Shown piece after piece: positions 40,324 through 50,888 of a stretch of 64,000 bases of DNA. This DNA comes from a bacterium (lineage in GTDB: Bacteria > UBA10199 > 2-02-FULL-44-16 > JAAZCA01): assembly GCA_963674695.2 (NCBI GenBank), contig CAXXGI010000003.1:576001-640000 (forward strand), read 5' to 3'. Position 1 is the stretch's first letter, and each line of letters opens with the position of its first letter. Below the pieces are notes generated by a model. It saw only the letters and a list, made by a program, of their open reading frames with translations, did no database searches and was not told the origin of the DNA. Position numbers and translations under genes: made by a program.

Positions 40324-41589
40324 TTATCGATGCAACCCCTCGATGATCGGTGCACGAACGAGCTTGCGCGCAGCCACCTGTGAGGAAAGCCAAACGACCC
40401 CCAGACAAAAGAGCGCCAAAGTGCCGCATATCATTGGGGAAATGTCAATAGGCAGCCGATCGACGAGATAGATCTCCGGCGCCAGCGGCACGACATCGAC
40501 ATACTTTATGATCAAGGAGATGGCTACCCCAATCGCCATGCCCACGGCAATTCCCCACAGGCCGATGCGTAGGCCCGCACGGACGAGCAGCCCTCCGATG
40601 ACGCGATCGGGAATGCCGAGCGATTTGAAGATGCTCACCTCCCGATAGCGACGGATGGTCATCAGCGTGAGACAGGCGATGATGTTGAGCGCCGCGACCA
40701 CGACCATGAGGCTCATGACGATGAGCAGTAATAACCGTTCGAGTCGCACGGCCGAGAGCAGCTCGCTGTTGAGCTGATCCCAGGTGATGAGCTGATACGG
40801 AGGCCCCATCGCCCCCTCGATGGCACGAGCCATCGCTCCCGCGTCCATCGGGTCGTCCAGATCGATCTCCACTCCGGTGATGGCATCGGCATCGGTTCCA
40901 AAGAGCTGACGAACCGCCTGCATCGGCATCATGAGAAATTGGGTATCAAAATCGTGCATCCCGGAGGCAAAGGTTCCCACGACGACCGCTTCGACCAGAC
41001 GATGACGAGACGCCCCCTCCGCTTCCGATCCGGGGATCATCAGGCGAAACGAAGCCGGCCCACCGAGTTTCTCCGCGAGCGATCGACCCACGATGACCGG
41101 ATAGGCATCGCGCCCCTTGCGCTGAAACGGTTCGGCGAGCGTCGGAACGTCCGCCGTCAGGCGCAGGCGCGCGCCGCTGACCGCGCCAAATCCCTTCGGA
41201 TCGATCCCCTTGATGACCACGCCAAAGATGCGCCCCTTGCCGAGGGCCAGTCCCTCGCGATAGAGAAACGGCGAAAGACCGGTGACGCGCCCCTGTAGCG
41301 GCCTGCCCTTCTCGGCACCCAGCTCTTCGAGCACGCGTTTGAGTTCATCCACATCATCCATGCTGCTCGTCCCCATGAGGACGACATGGGCATTAAAACC
41401 CGTGAGCGCCTTGGTATAGCTCTGTTCGAAACCGCGGCCGATCGCGCTGGCGACGGTGAGCGCGGCCACCGCGACGGCGAGTCCCGCGATGGAGACGATG
41501 CGCATGGCGCGCACCGAACGCGGAAGCGCCGCATGCGACTGAAACCGCTCGCTGATAAAGGTGATAAGAGGTGTGCAGGAGCTACTCAT
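40324..41589 (-). CDS. LolC/E-type ABC permease
   Basis: MacB/FtsX topology; YLVDRLP; operon position. Confidence 0.85.
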   Translation of the reverse strand: MSSSCTPLITFISERFQSHAALPRSVRAMRIVSIAGLAVAVAALTVASAIGRGFEQSYTKALTGFNAHVVLMGTSSMDDVDELKRVLEELGAEKGRPLQGRVTGLSPFLYREGLALGKGRIFGVVIKGIDPKGFGAVSGARLRLTADVPTLAEPFQRKGRDAYPVIVGRSLAEKLGGPASFRLMIPGSEAEGASRHRLVEAVVVGTFASGMHDFDTQFLMMPMQAVRQLFGTDADAITGVEIDLDDPMDAGAMARAIEGAMGPPYQLITWDQLNSELLSAVRLERLLLLIVMSLMVVVAALNIIACLTLMTIRRYREVSIFKSLGIPDRVIGGLLVRAGLRIGLWGIAVGMAIGVAISLIIKYVDVVPLAPEIYLVDRLPIDISPMICGTLALFCLGVVWLSSQVAARKLVRAPIIEGLHR

Positions 41590-42832
41590 ACCGCAGCACC
41601 TCCGCAGGATCGAGACGCGTCGTCTGCCGCGCGGGAACGATCGAGGCGACGAGCGCGATGGCTATTCCCGCAAGCGCGAAGAGGAGCGCGGCCACGGGGT
41701 TCACCTCGACGGGCAAAAAATCCAGATAGTAGGAATCGGGCAACCGAACCGGCCAGAGGATCAGCGCGCCGATGATCCCCATCCCCGCGGCGAGACCGAT
41801 GAAGGAGCCGACCGCGCCGATGAGGGCCGCTTGCACGAGGAAGATGCGCTGTATGCCACGCCTGGTCATGCCGATCGCCTCGAGCAGGGCGATGTCCTTT
41901 CGTTTGGCCGCTCCCACCAGGAGGATGACGCCGATGATCGCACAGGAGGCGATGAGCACGACCAGGAAGAGGATCGCCCCCATCGCGGTGCGTTCCAGCG
42001 CCAGCGCGGCAAAGAGTTTTCGATTCTGTTGATGGATGCCCTCAGCCTCCCATCCTGCCGGAAGCTTTGGCGTGACCGCGGCGACCATTTCCGGCGCTGC
42101 GGTCGTGGTGTTCAGCCAGACATGCCAGCCCTCACGGGCCTGCTGGCCGAGCAATCGTCGGGCATCTTCGAGGGTGGTGAGGATCATCTTGCCGTCATAC
42201 TCATAGAGCCCGGTGCGAAAGAGACCGTTGAGAACGAATGGCCGACTCGAAGGAAGCAGCTCTCCGGTCGGTCCCACCTCGGCCAGCGGTGCGGTGAGCA
42301 TGAGCCTATCTTCGAAATCGGGGTGAACGGCAAGCTCTCCGGCCATCTCTCTGCCGATGATCGCCCCGGGGATCTCCTCGCCCGCGCGCGGCGCAAGCGG
42401 GTCTGACGCATCGACCGATTCCGGCAGGACGAGCCCGAGGCCGGCGATGCGCTCGAGGGAAGAACGGTCGATCCCGCGCACGCGGCCGCCCATGGCGATG
42501 GGATCGCGAGCCACATTGGACTGGACGATGACCTCCCCCTCGACGAAGGGACTCACATCCCGCAGCGCGCCGTTGGGAAAAAGCGCGCGCACCTGATCGG
42601 CATCGAGCAACGCCCCTTCATCCGTACGCGTCAGGGTGACGGGGGCGTTGAGCGCGGTCAGTCGCGTTGAGAGCTCTTCGCGAAAGCCACGCATCACACC
42701 CATGACCACGGTGAGCGCACAGATCCCCATGGCGACACTCAGAAGAGCGGTCACCTTGAGCAACGGCGCAAAACGTCCCGTGTGAGGAGAACGCAGAAAA
42801 CGTCCGGCGATCCAGGAAGAAAGGTTCATCAT
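41582..42832 (-). CDS. LolC/E-type ABC permease
   Basis: VVMGVMRGF, GLYEYD, LDPAEVLRYE. Confidence 0.88.
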   Translation of the reverse strand: MMNLSSWIAGRFLRSPHTGRFAPLLKVTALLSVAMGICALTVVMGVMRGFREELSTRLTALNAPVTLTRTDEGALLDADQVRALFPNGALRDVSPFVEGEVIVQSNVARDPIAMGGRVRGIDRSSLERIAGLGLVLPESVDASDPLAPRAGEEIPGAIIGREMAGELAVHPDFEDRLMLTAPLAEVGPTGELLPSSRPFVLNGLFRTGLYEYDGKMILTTLEDARRLLGQQAREGWHVWLNTTTAAPEMVAAVTPKLPAGWEAEGIHQQNRKLFAALALERTAMGAILFLVVLIASCAIIGVILLVGAAKRKDIALLEAIGMTRRGIQRIFLVQAALIGAVGSFIGLAAGMGIIGALILWPVRLPDSYYLDFLPVEVNPVAALLFALAGIAIALVASIVPARQTTRLDPAEVLRYE

Positions 42833-42835
42833 CAA

Positions 42836-42931
42836 TCGTGAACCGTGAACCGTAAACGGTGAACGGTAAACGGCAAACAGAAACTGCCAGAACTGCCTTC
42901 TGTTTACCCCTCACTGTTCACAGCTTACCGT

Positions 42932-42941
<10 letters not shown>
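42836..42941. repeat. 7 bp-period inverted array (GTGAAC[C/G] ... GTTCAC)
   Basis: GTGAACC GTGAACC GTAAACG GTGAACG GTAAACG arm and GTTCAC arm; half copy at 60539-60568. Confidence 0.8.
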
Positions 42942-44416
<1,475 letters not shown>

Positions 44417-44503
44417 AGGAAATATCCTCGATTCTGTCGAAATTTCGCCGAGTTATAGTGAAGATCGAGGGGAAGTCAAGTGCTAGGGTCTTCGGAAAAT
44501 CCT

Positions 44504-45442
44504 CTAGCCCGCAATCGGCGCGAATGAGGTGACGAGCATGCCGGAGAGGTAGGAGAGGTTGAAATCGACGTAGGTTTGATCCAGCCCATGATCGTCCGGC
44601 AGCATGCTCAGCTCGAAGTATCCCCCAGCGGAGATCTCTGCCCTGCCCTCCACGAGCACCCCTTCGTTCCTGTGCAACGGTTCGAGCAGGGTCTGGCGCA
44701 GCTGATCTTGGTGGAGAAAGAGCGATTGGGCCCCCTTGATCAGGATGCCATCGATCGATTCCAGCGGAGCGGGAACAGCATCGTTCCACCGAGTAGACGG
44801 AATGCGAATATGTGGCGTCTCCATCGGCGTGAAAAATGTATTGAGATAAAGGGCACGTTGCGTGCGAGCATCGGGCGATAGGGAGAAGGTGAGCAGACCG
44901 TGATTTGGCTGCACGCGATAGCGCCCTGTCTGATAGAGCTGGAGCGCGCCAGGATGTCCCCAGAAGACGCGCGCACTGTGAAAGACCGCGTCTGGATAGA
45001 CCGCGCGCATACGTCCCAACAGCAGCGGAAGCATGCCACCCTCCATACCGCATCGGTTCAGGATATGCTGCGCGTGTTCAACATTCCCGAGTACCGGATC
45101 GAGCCCCCGCCGAGCTTCATAGAAAATCGGATGCTCTCGATCTGACTCCGGATGGTTGAGAAAGGGGTGTTTATCGATCAGCAGATAGGTATCGGCATTT
45201 GGAAAAACGGCGAGCGCGTCTGTCAATCCGTATGCGGACAGGGGATAAAGGACATGATTCGGTCCGCTGCTCGACGGATACAATGCATCGATGTGCTCGG
45301 CACAGTGCGAACGCAGAGCGTGAAGCCACTGACAATAGCCATCGGTGCCGGAATACGGCATGGAACGATCAACGAACGCTTCGGCGGGGAGATCAATGCG
45401 GGTCGTGCTGAAGGCGTCGATCAGGTGAAGGATTCGTTCCAT
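44504..45442 (-). CDS. Hypothetical protein
   Basis: 312 aa from ATG 45442; VLYPLS...FPNADTYLLID suggests a Rossmann-like core (weak). Confidence 0.65.
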   Translation of the reverse strand: MERILHLIDAFSTTRIDLPAEAFVDRSMPYSGTDGYCQWLHALRSHCAEHIDALYPSSSGPNHVLYPLSAYGLTDALAVFPNADTYLLIDKHPFLNHPESDREHPIFYEARRGLDPVLGNVEHAQHILNRCGMEGGMLPLLLGRMRAVYPDAVFHSARVFWGHPGALQLYQTGRYRVQPNHGLLTFSLSPDARTQRALYLNTFFTPMETPHIRIPSTRWNDAVPAPLESIDGILIKGAQSLFLHQDQLRQTLLEPLHRNEGVLVEGRAEISAGGYFELSMLPDDHGLDQTYVDFNLSYLSGMLVTSFAPIAG

Positions 45443-45502
45443 TCCCCCTTTTCGCCTCCGGCCCGAAAAAGTTGCGTCATTTTTAACGGGCAAGAAAGCT
45501 CT

Positions 45503-47497
45503 TTAGAGCCCCTGAATCGTATAGACCAGCGCCACATCGCGGGGCATGCGAGCTGCTTCGATGCGCTCGGCGACGATGCCCAAACCCTCGGGGGCTCGCC
45601 CGGGATAGGTGACCGTCAGCTCCACCGCAGCATCCGCGTTTCCGGTCGCGATGGCGCGGACGATCCCCGCGAGCAAGCGCTCCAGGACCGGCTGCATGCG
45701 CTCGCTGTTGATAGCGAAGCGATTGCCGCGCTCCTTGAGCGCCCCATGCCAGGCCAGCGCGGCCAATTCCAGGCGCGCGGCGCGCGCCACCGGATGATCC
45801 GGGCCAAAGCGCAGGTTTCGGAAGAGATTGGCGATCCAGGTGGCATAGAACCGCTCACGACCGGAACGCGTGAGGATCCCCTTCTGCTCCAAGTGAAAGG
45901 CGGTCCAGGCCGCCATGACATCGCGCTGCGCGGCGGCGAGCGTGCGGGTACGGGTGGCATCCACCTTGTCGTCGGCAGGCATGGTTGCCTGCGGCCCCAC
46001 GCCGAAGAGCAGCGCCTTGAGCGTGGACAAGAGCACGAAGGCCCGCTCATCGATGCGCGCCAGCTCCTTCGGGTCGAGGGCGATCTCGGCGATCTGCTTG
46101 AGCAGCGGCAGCTTCGCCCGATGATGGTTGGCCATGATCACGCGCTTCTGTCGCCCCTCTTTGGCAGCCTTGCCCACGTTCGGAAGCATCGTTGCCAGAT
46201 GCGGCCCTTCGTCGCCCGCCGAAAAACCGGTGGCGAGGACCACATCGATGATCGCCATCGGCGGATCAGCGACGATCGGACGAGCGGCATAGGCCCCGCC
46301 GGAGAGATTATTGGAAAGCGTCGTCTCGACCTCGAGACGCAATCCTTTGAGACCGTCGGCGAGTGCCTGCAGCTTGTCGTTTCGCACGCCGAGAATGAAT
46401 TCATAGAAGGCTTTCGTCGCATAGGGATCGCGATCGGTCTCATACGGGCCAATGATCACCTCGAGCGGAGCGCGCGCATCGATCCAGGCCTGGTCGCTGT
46501 CGATGAAGGGATCGTCCGAACCGGGCGCGGCAAGCGCCTTGGCCTGAAGCGCAAGCTGATGGGCAAGCGAGGGATCCATTCCCGGGATCAGCGCGATCTC
46601 CTCGAGCCGGCGCACGATCGGACGCAGAATGCGGGCAAACGGCGGATAGCCCCCGTAAGGAATCGCCATCAACGCTCCGGCCTCGCTTCGCTTGACGACG
46701 GTGAAGGGACTCATGAGCCCATTCATCGGATCGGAGGCGAGCTGGGCGAAGAGCGATGCGTCCATTCCTTCGGGCCACATGATCATGCCGATCATCGGAT
46801 CCGGGAAGAACGGCATCGCATTGGCGAAGGGAAACGCTCCCGTTCGGAACGAGGTTGGACCACCCACTCGCTTGAAGAAACGAATGGAGGGCAGATCTCC
46901 CTCTTCGATGAGCGTGCGTTCGAATTCGAGCGAGAGCGGATGATTTTGCAATTTGTAGAGATCGTCGATGAGAAATCCCACTTCGACGAGCGCACGAACG
47001 GCCTTCTGATTCGGCTCGTCGAGTTGCGACAGATCAAACCGCGTAAAGGCCTCGAGTTCCTCAGCCAGCGCCGCATCGATGGCCGCGCGCCGCTTCTGCT
47101 CAAGGCGTTCGCGAACGAGTTCGATGGCCCGATCGAGCGTCGCCGAACGACGCAGCGCCCCATGCTCCGGTTGATCGAACCGCTCGCGCTGCGCACTCGG
47201 AATGACGATCTCATTCGCCTCCAGATCGATGTCGCCCAGTTCGCCCCCATCGCGCACCCAGCGCAGATCGAAGAGCGTCCCCGCCGTCTCGTTGAAAGCG
47301 CGGCGATAGTTCTCCGTGGTGATCGCGGGTTCGGTCCAGGCAATCGCGCTCACGCCGGCCTTGGGTGACGTGGCCGTCGTCCCCGACGTCGCATTCGAGA
47401 CATCGCCCTGTGGAACAGGCGACGTGACACGCTTTCGGCATCCAACGGCGAATAGAAGGATAACGATGGATAAAAATGCGATCAGAGGGCGCTTCAT
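45503..47497 (-). CDS. Lipoprotein homologous to peptidase M49 (DPP III-like), lacking metal ligands
   Basis: Lipobox AVGC; SPFTVV, IGPYET, KAFYE, ATMLPN, LFRNLRFG; HExxH position reads KALLF. Confidence 0.78.
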   Translation of the reverse strand: MKRPLIAFLSIVILLFAVGCRKRVTSPVPQGDVSNATSGTTATSPKAGVSAIAWTEPAITTENYRRAFNETAGTLFDLRWVRDGGELGDIDLEANEIVIPSAQRERFDQPEHGALRRSATLDRAIELVRERLEQKRRAAIDAALAEELEAFTRFDLSQLDEPNQKAVRALVEVGFLIDDLYKLQNHPLSLEFERTLIEEGDLPSIRFFKRVGGPTSFRTGAFPFANAMPFFPDPMIGMIMWPEGMDASLFAQLASDPMNGLMSPFTVVKRSEAGALMAIPYGGYPPFARILRPIVRRLEEIALIPGMDPSLAHQLALQAKALAAPGSDDPFIDSDQAWIDARAPLEVIIGPYETDRDPYATKAFYEFILGVRNDKLQALADGLKGLRLEVETTLSNNLSGGAYAARPIVADPPMAIIDVVLATGFSAGDEGPHLATMLPNVGKAAKEGRQKRVIMANHHRAKLPLLKQIAEIALDPKELARIDERAFVLLSTLKALLFGVGPQATMPADDKVDATRTRTLAAAQRDVMAAWTAFHLEQKGILTRSGRERFYATWIANLFRNLRFGPDHPVARAARLELAALAWHGALKERGNRFAINSERMQPVLERLLAGIVRAIATGNADAAVELTVTYPGRAPEGLGIVAERIEAARMPRDVALVYTIQGL

Positions 47498-47509
47498 ATC
47501 GGGGACTCC

Positions 47510-48614
47510 TTAGGAGGTCGCACTCATCAACAGGAGGTACGAACGAATAAAATCGTCGAGGTCGCCGTCGAGGACGGCGTCGACATTTCCCTTTTCGACA
47601 TCGGTGCGATGATCCTTGATCATGCGGTAGGGTTGCAGGACATACGAGCGAATCTGCGAACCCCATTCGATCTTCTTCTTGTCCTTCGTGAGTTTGTCCT
47701 GTTCGGCCTGCTTCTTCTCCAGCTCCAGCTCATAGAGCTTCGCGCGCAACAGGCGCATGGCCGTCTCTTTGTTCTGATGTTGGCTGCGCTCGCTCTGGCA
47801 AGCAACGACCGAATTGGTCGGAAGGTGGGTGAGCCGCACGGCGGAATCAGTCTTGTTGACGTGCTGTCCGCCCGCACCGCCCGCGCGATAGGTATCGACG
47901 CGAAGATCTTCGGGGCGAATCTCGATCTCGATGTCATCCTCGATCTCCGGCAGGACGAAGACCGAGGTAAAGGAGGTATGCCGACGCTTGGCGGCATCGA
48001 ACGGCGAAATCCGCACGAGCCGATGCACGCCGTTTTCCGCTTTGAGATACCCGTAGGCATAGGGTCCGCTGACCGTAAGGGTCACGCTGCGAAACCCCGC
48101 GCCGTCGCCCGCGGTGAAATCGACGACCTCGTTCTTATACCCTTTGGCATCGGCCCATCGGCGATACATGCGCAGCAGGATCTCGGCCCAATCGCAGGCC
48201 TCGGTACCGCCGGCACCGGCGTTGATGAAGAGAATGGCGTTGGACTCATCCTGTTCGCCCGAGAGCATGCGCTTGAATTCCATGTCGTCGAGGACGCGCT
48301 CGACTCCGGCCAGCGCCTCCACCGCCTCGACCATGAACTCCTGAGCATCATCTTCCTCAGCCAGATCGAGCGTCGCTTCAACATCGCTGAGCGCACGCTG
48401 CTGCACGTCGACGGACTCGAGCAACTGCTTGAGCTCCTCGCGTTCACGGGTGAGCTTCGTGGCGGCCTGGGAGTCGTTCCAGAATTCGGGTTGGCCGGAG
48501 ATGGCGTCTATTTCAGCGATGCGTTTCCGCTTTTCATCACAGTCAAAGATGCCCCCGGATGTCGTGGAGCTTTTGCTGTAGCGCTTCAAACTTCTCCTTC
48601 AATTCTTTGCTCAT
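47510..48614 (-). CDS. prfB: Peptide chain release factor 2 (programmed +1 frameshift)
   Basis: SPF and GGQ motifs; MSKELKEK... leader joined through GGGGG-cat-CTT TGA C. Confidence 0.97.
48542..48556 (-). promoter_or_regulatory. prfB +1 ribosomal frameshift site
   Basis: Internal SD-like GGGGG, 3 nt spacer, CTT TGA C. Confidence 0.93.
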
Positions 48615-48636
48615 GTTGGGTCTCCGTGTTTCGACA

Positions 48637-48732
48637 ATTCCCTCCCCTTTGTAAGGGGAGGGTTAGGGTGGGGTAGATCGCGGAAGTTCCATGATCTACC
48701 TCCCCTAGCCCCTCCTTACAAAGGAGGGGAAT
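48637..48732. repeat. REP-like family C (CCCTCCCCTT..AAGGGGAGGG / CCCCTCCTT..AAGGAGGGG)
   Basis: Two hairpins in inverted arrangement; overlaps the lnt stop. Confidence 0.75.
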
Positions 48733-50293
48733 ATTTGAAGCGCCGCCATAACACAACGATCAGGCCCAGCGCAACATAGGCGGCGCAGGCGATGGCGAAC
48801 CAATCGCCCGTTTGGGCATAGACCGACAACCCCTCCATGAGTGGAACGGCTGCGACGATGACCGATGGCTCGAAGATGCCGGATTCGACGACCATCGCGC
48901 CCGTCGGCGTGATCACCGCGGAAACGCCCGTGTTGGTCGCGCGGACGAGAGAGCGCCTGCTCTCCACCGCGCGGAAGGCCGATATCGCCAGGTGTTGAAA
49001 CGGCGCGGAACTGTGGCCATACCAGGCATCGTTCGTGAGATTCACCAGGAGATTGGCGCCGCGCCGGGTCTGCTCGGCGGCGATCTCCGGGAAGACATCC
49101 TCATAGCAGATGAGAATCCCCAACTTTGCCGCGCCGGCAATGATCGGATCGAAACTCTGGCCGGGCAGAAAGTTCCCGATGGGTTCTGTGAGCTTCGAGG
49201 CGAAGAAGAGCAGTTTCTTGTAGGGCACATACTCGCCGAACGGAACGAGGTGCGCCTTATGGTAGAGCCCCATGCGCATGCCCTGAGCATCGTAGAGCAG
49301 AGCGCTGTTGTGAAAGTTCCCATCCGCGCGTTCGATGATTCCGCCCAAGAGCGTGTAGGGCGCCGGGCCGAAGTGTTCGTCGAAGAGGCCGATCACTTTG
49401 GCGTCGACCTGAAGCTCCCGCTCGGAGATCGTCCAGGGGATCGCTGATTCCGGCCAAATGATGAGATCGATCGGCGTGCGCTCGAGCTTGTGTGCCATCA
49501 TCCGATGCGCGTCGAGATTTGCCACGGCCCGATCCTGCGCCCACTTCTCATCCTGCGGGATGTTGGCCTGGATCATGCCGATTTGAATCGTCGGGGCTGC
49601 GTCCACGATCTTGGGCACCGTGTGCAGACACACGATTCCATAGATGAGTGTGGAGCCGATGAGGAGAATCGTGACGACGATCTTTGCCGGAAGGAAGGTG
49701 ACGCGCTCGCCGGAGAGCCGTGCGATGATATCAGCAATGAAGGCGTTCATCCAGACGACGAGAAAGGTCACCCCATAGATGCCGACCAGATCTGCAATCT
49801 GAATGGCCGGCAAAAAACGCCACTGCGACATGGCGATATTGCCCCAAGGAAATCCATTTGCAGGACCAAGGTTTCGCATCAGCTCAAGTGCAGTCCACGA
49901 GACCGCGATCCAGACGATGAACTCCCCGCGCCAACGCAGCTGGATGAGGCGTGCCAGCAGAGGTGCGAGCGCCATGATGGCCGCTTGGATGACGATAAGC
50001 AGGACGAGCACGGCGACGCTGATGCCGGGCGAGAGATGGCCGAAGTGATGGATGGCCCCATAGAGCCAGAAGAGCGAGACGCTGAAGCAGACAAGCCCCC
50101 AGAGAAACGCGAGCAAAAATGCACGCCGCGGTCCGACGGATCGAATGACAAAAAAGAGCGGCACCAGCGCCACCCACCCGAGCCACCCCAGCGCTGGAAA
50201 AGCCACGCCCGCGATCATCGTCGGAAACGAGAACGCGACGAGAACGCCGGAGAGGACGGCGAGTGCGATTTGGATAATGGGTTTCATGGTCAT
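48716..50293 (-). CDS. lnt: Apolipoprotein N-acyltransferase
   Basis: GFPW, WPES, KAHLVPFGEY, ICYE, TNDAWY, RATNTG. Confidence 0.96.
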   Translation of the reverse strand: MTMKPIIQIALAVLSGVLVAFSFPTMIAGVAFPALGWLGWVALVPLFFVIRSVGPRRAFLLAFLWGLVCFSVSLFWLYGAIHHFGHLSPGISVAVLVLLIVIQAAIMALAPLLARLIQLRWRGEFIVWIAVSWTALELMRNLGPANGFPWGNIAMSQWRFLPAIQIADLVGIYGVTFLVVWMNAFIADIIARLSGERVTFLPAKIVVTILLIGSTLIYGIVCLHTVPKIVDAAPTIQIGMIQANIPQDEKWAQDRAVANLDAHRMMAHKLERTPIDLIIWPESAIPWTISERELQVDAKVIGLFDEHFGPAPYTLLGGIIERADGNFHNSALLYDAQGMRMGLYHKAHLVPFGEYVPYKKLLFFASKLTEPIGNFLPGQSFDPIIAGAAKLGILICYEDVFPEIAAEQTRRGANLLVNLTNDAWYGHSSAPFQHLAISAFRAVESRRSLVRATNTGVSAVITPTGAMVVESGIFEPSVIVAAVPLMEGLSVYAQTGDWFAIACAAYVALGLIVVLWRRFKYSPPL

Positions 50294-50492
50294 AACGTGC
50301 CCCTCTTGATTGTCATTCCCGCGCAGGCGGGAATCTCGCTTGAAGGCACAAATCGAGATCCCCGCTTTCGCGGGGATGACACCCCTTGGATTGTCATTCC
50401 CGCGTGCTTGAGGCGGGAATCCAGCCAAATGCTTTTGTTGTACGACTTTCCAAGACTGGATCCCCGACTACACCACTCGGGGATGACAATCA

Positions 50493-50888
50493 TCACAACA
50501 CCCGCATCATGCCTTCGAACTCCAGTCGCCGCATGTCGCACCAGTCGCGCCAGGTTTCATCCCCCTGCCCTCCCACGTGCAACAGGCCGTGGAGCATGAG
50601 GAGAAGGAGTTCCTGATCGAGCGGAACCCGACGCTGGCGTGCCTGACGCCGTGCCGTCTGCACCGAGATGACGATATCTGCAATTGGATTGCAATCGGCG
50701 CCATAGACGAATGCCAATACATCGGTGGCGTGCGCTCGCCCTCGATAGCGACCGGAAAGCTCCGCAATGGTCCGGTCGTCGGTGAAGAGGATGTCGACGT
50801 GACGTCTTCGCGGACGAGGAACGATGCGCTCGATCACACGCCGCAGACGAGCCAGGTCATCGCTCTTTGACAGTCGGCTCGTCGTCAA
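50493..50888 (-). CDS. ybeY: rRNA maturation RNase YbeY (atypical metal motif)
   Basis: TDVLAF, DIVIS, HGLLH; phoH-HDIG-ybeY-lnt synteny; start uncertain. Confidence 0.85.
   Translation of the reverse strand: MTTSRLSKSDDLARLRRVIERIVPRPRRRHVDILFTDDRTIAELSGRYRGRAHATDVLAFVYGADCNPIADIVISVQTARRQARQRRVPLDQELLLLMLHGLLHVGGQGDETWRDWCDMRRLEFEGMMRVL

Noticed and set aside
47510-48614. prfB as a pseudogene or sequencing error
   Set aside because: The in-frame TGA is the canonical programmed frameshift, so it is neither broken nor novel.
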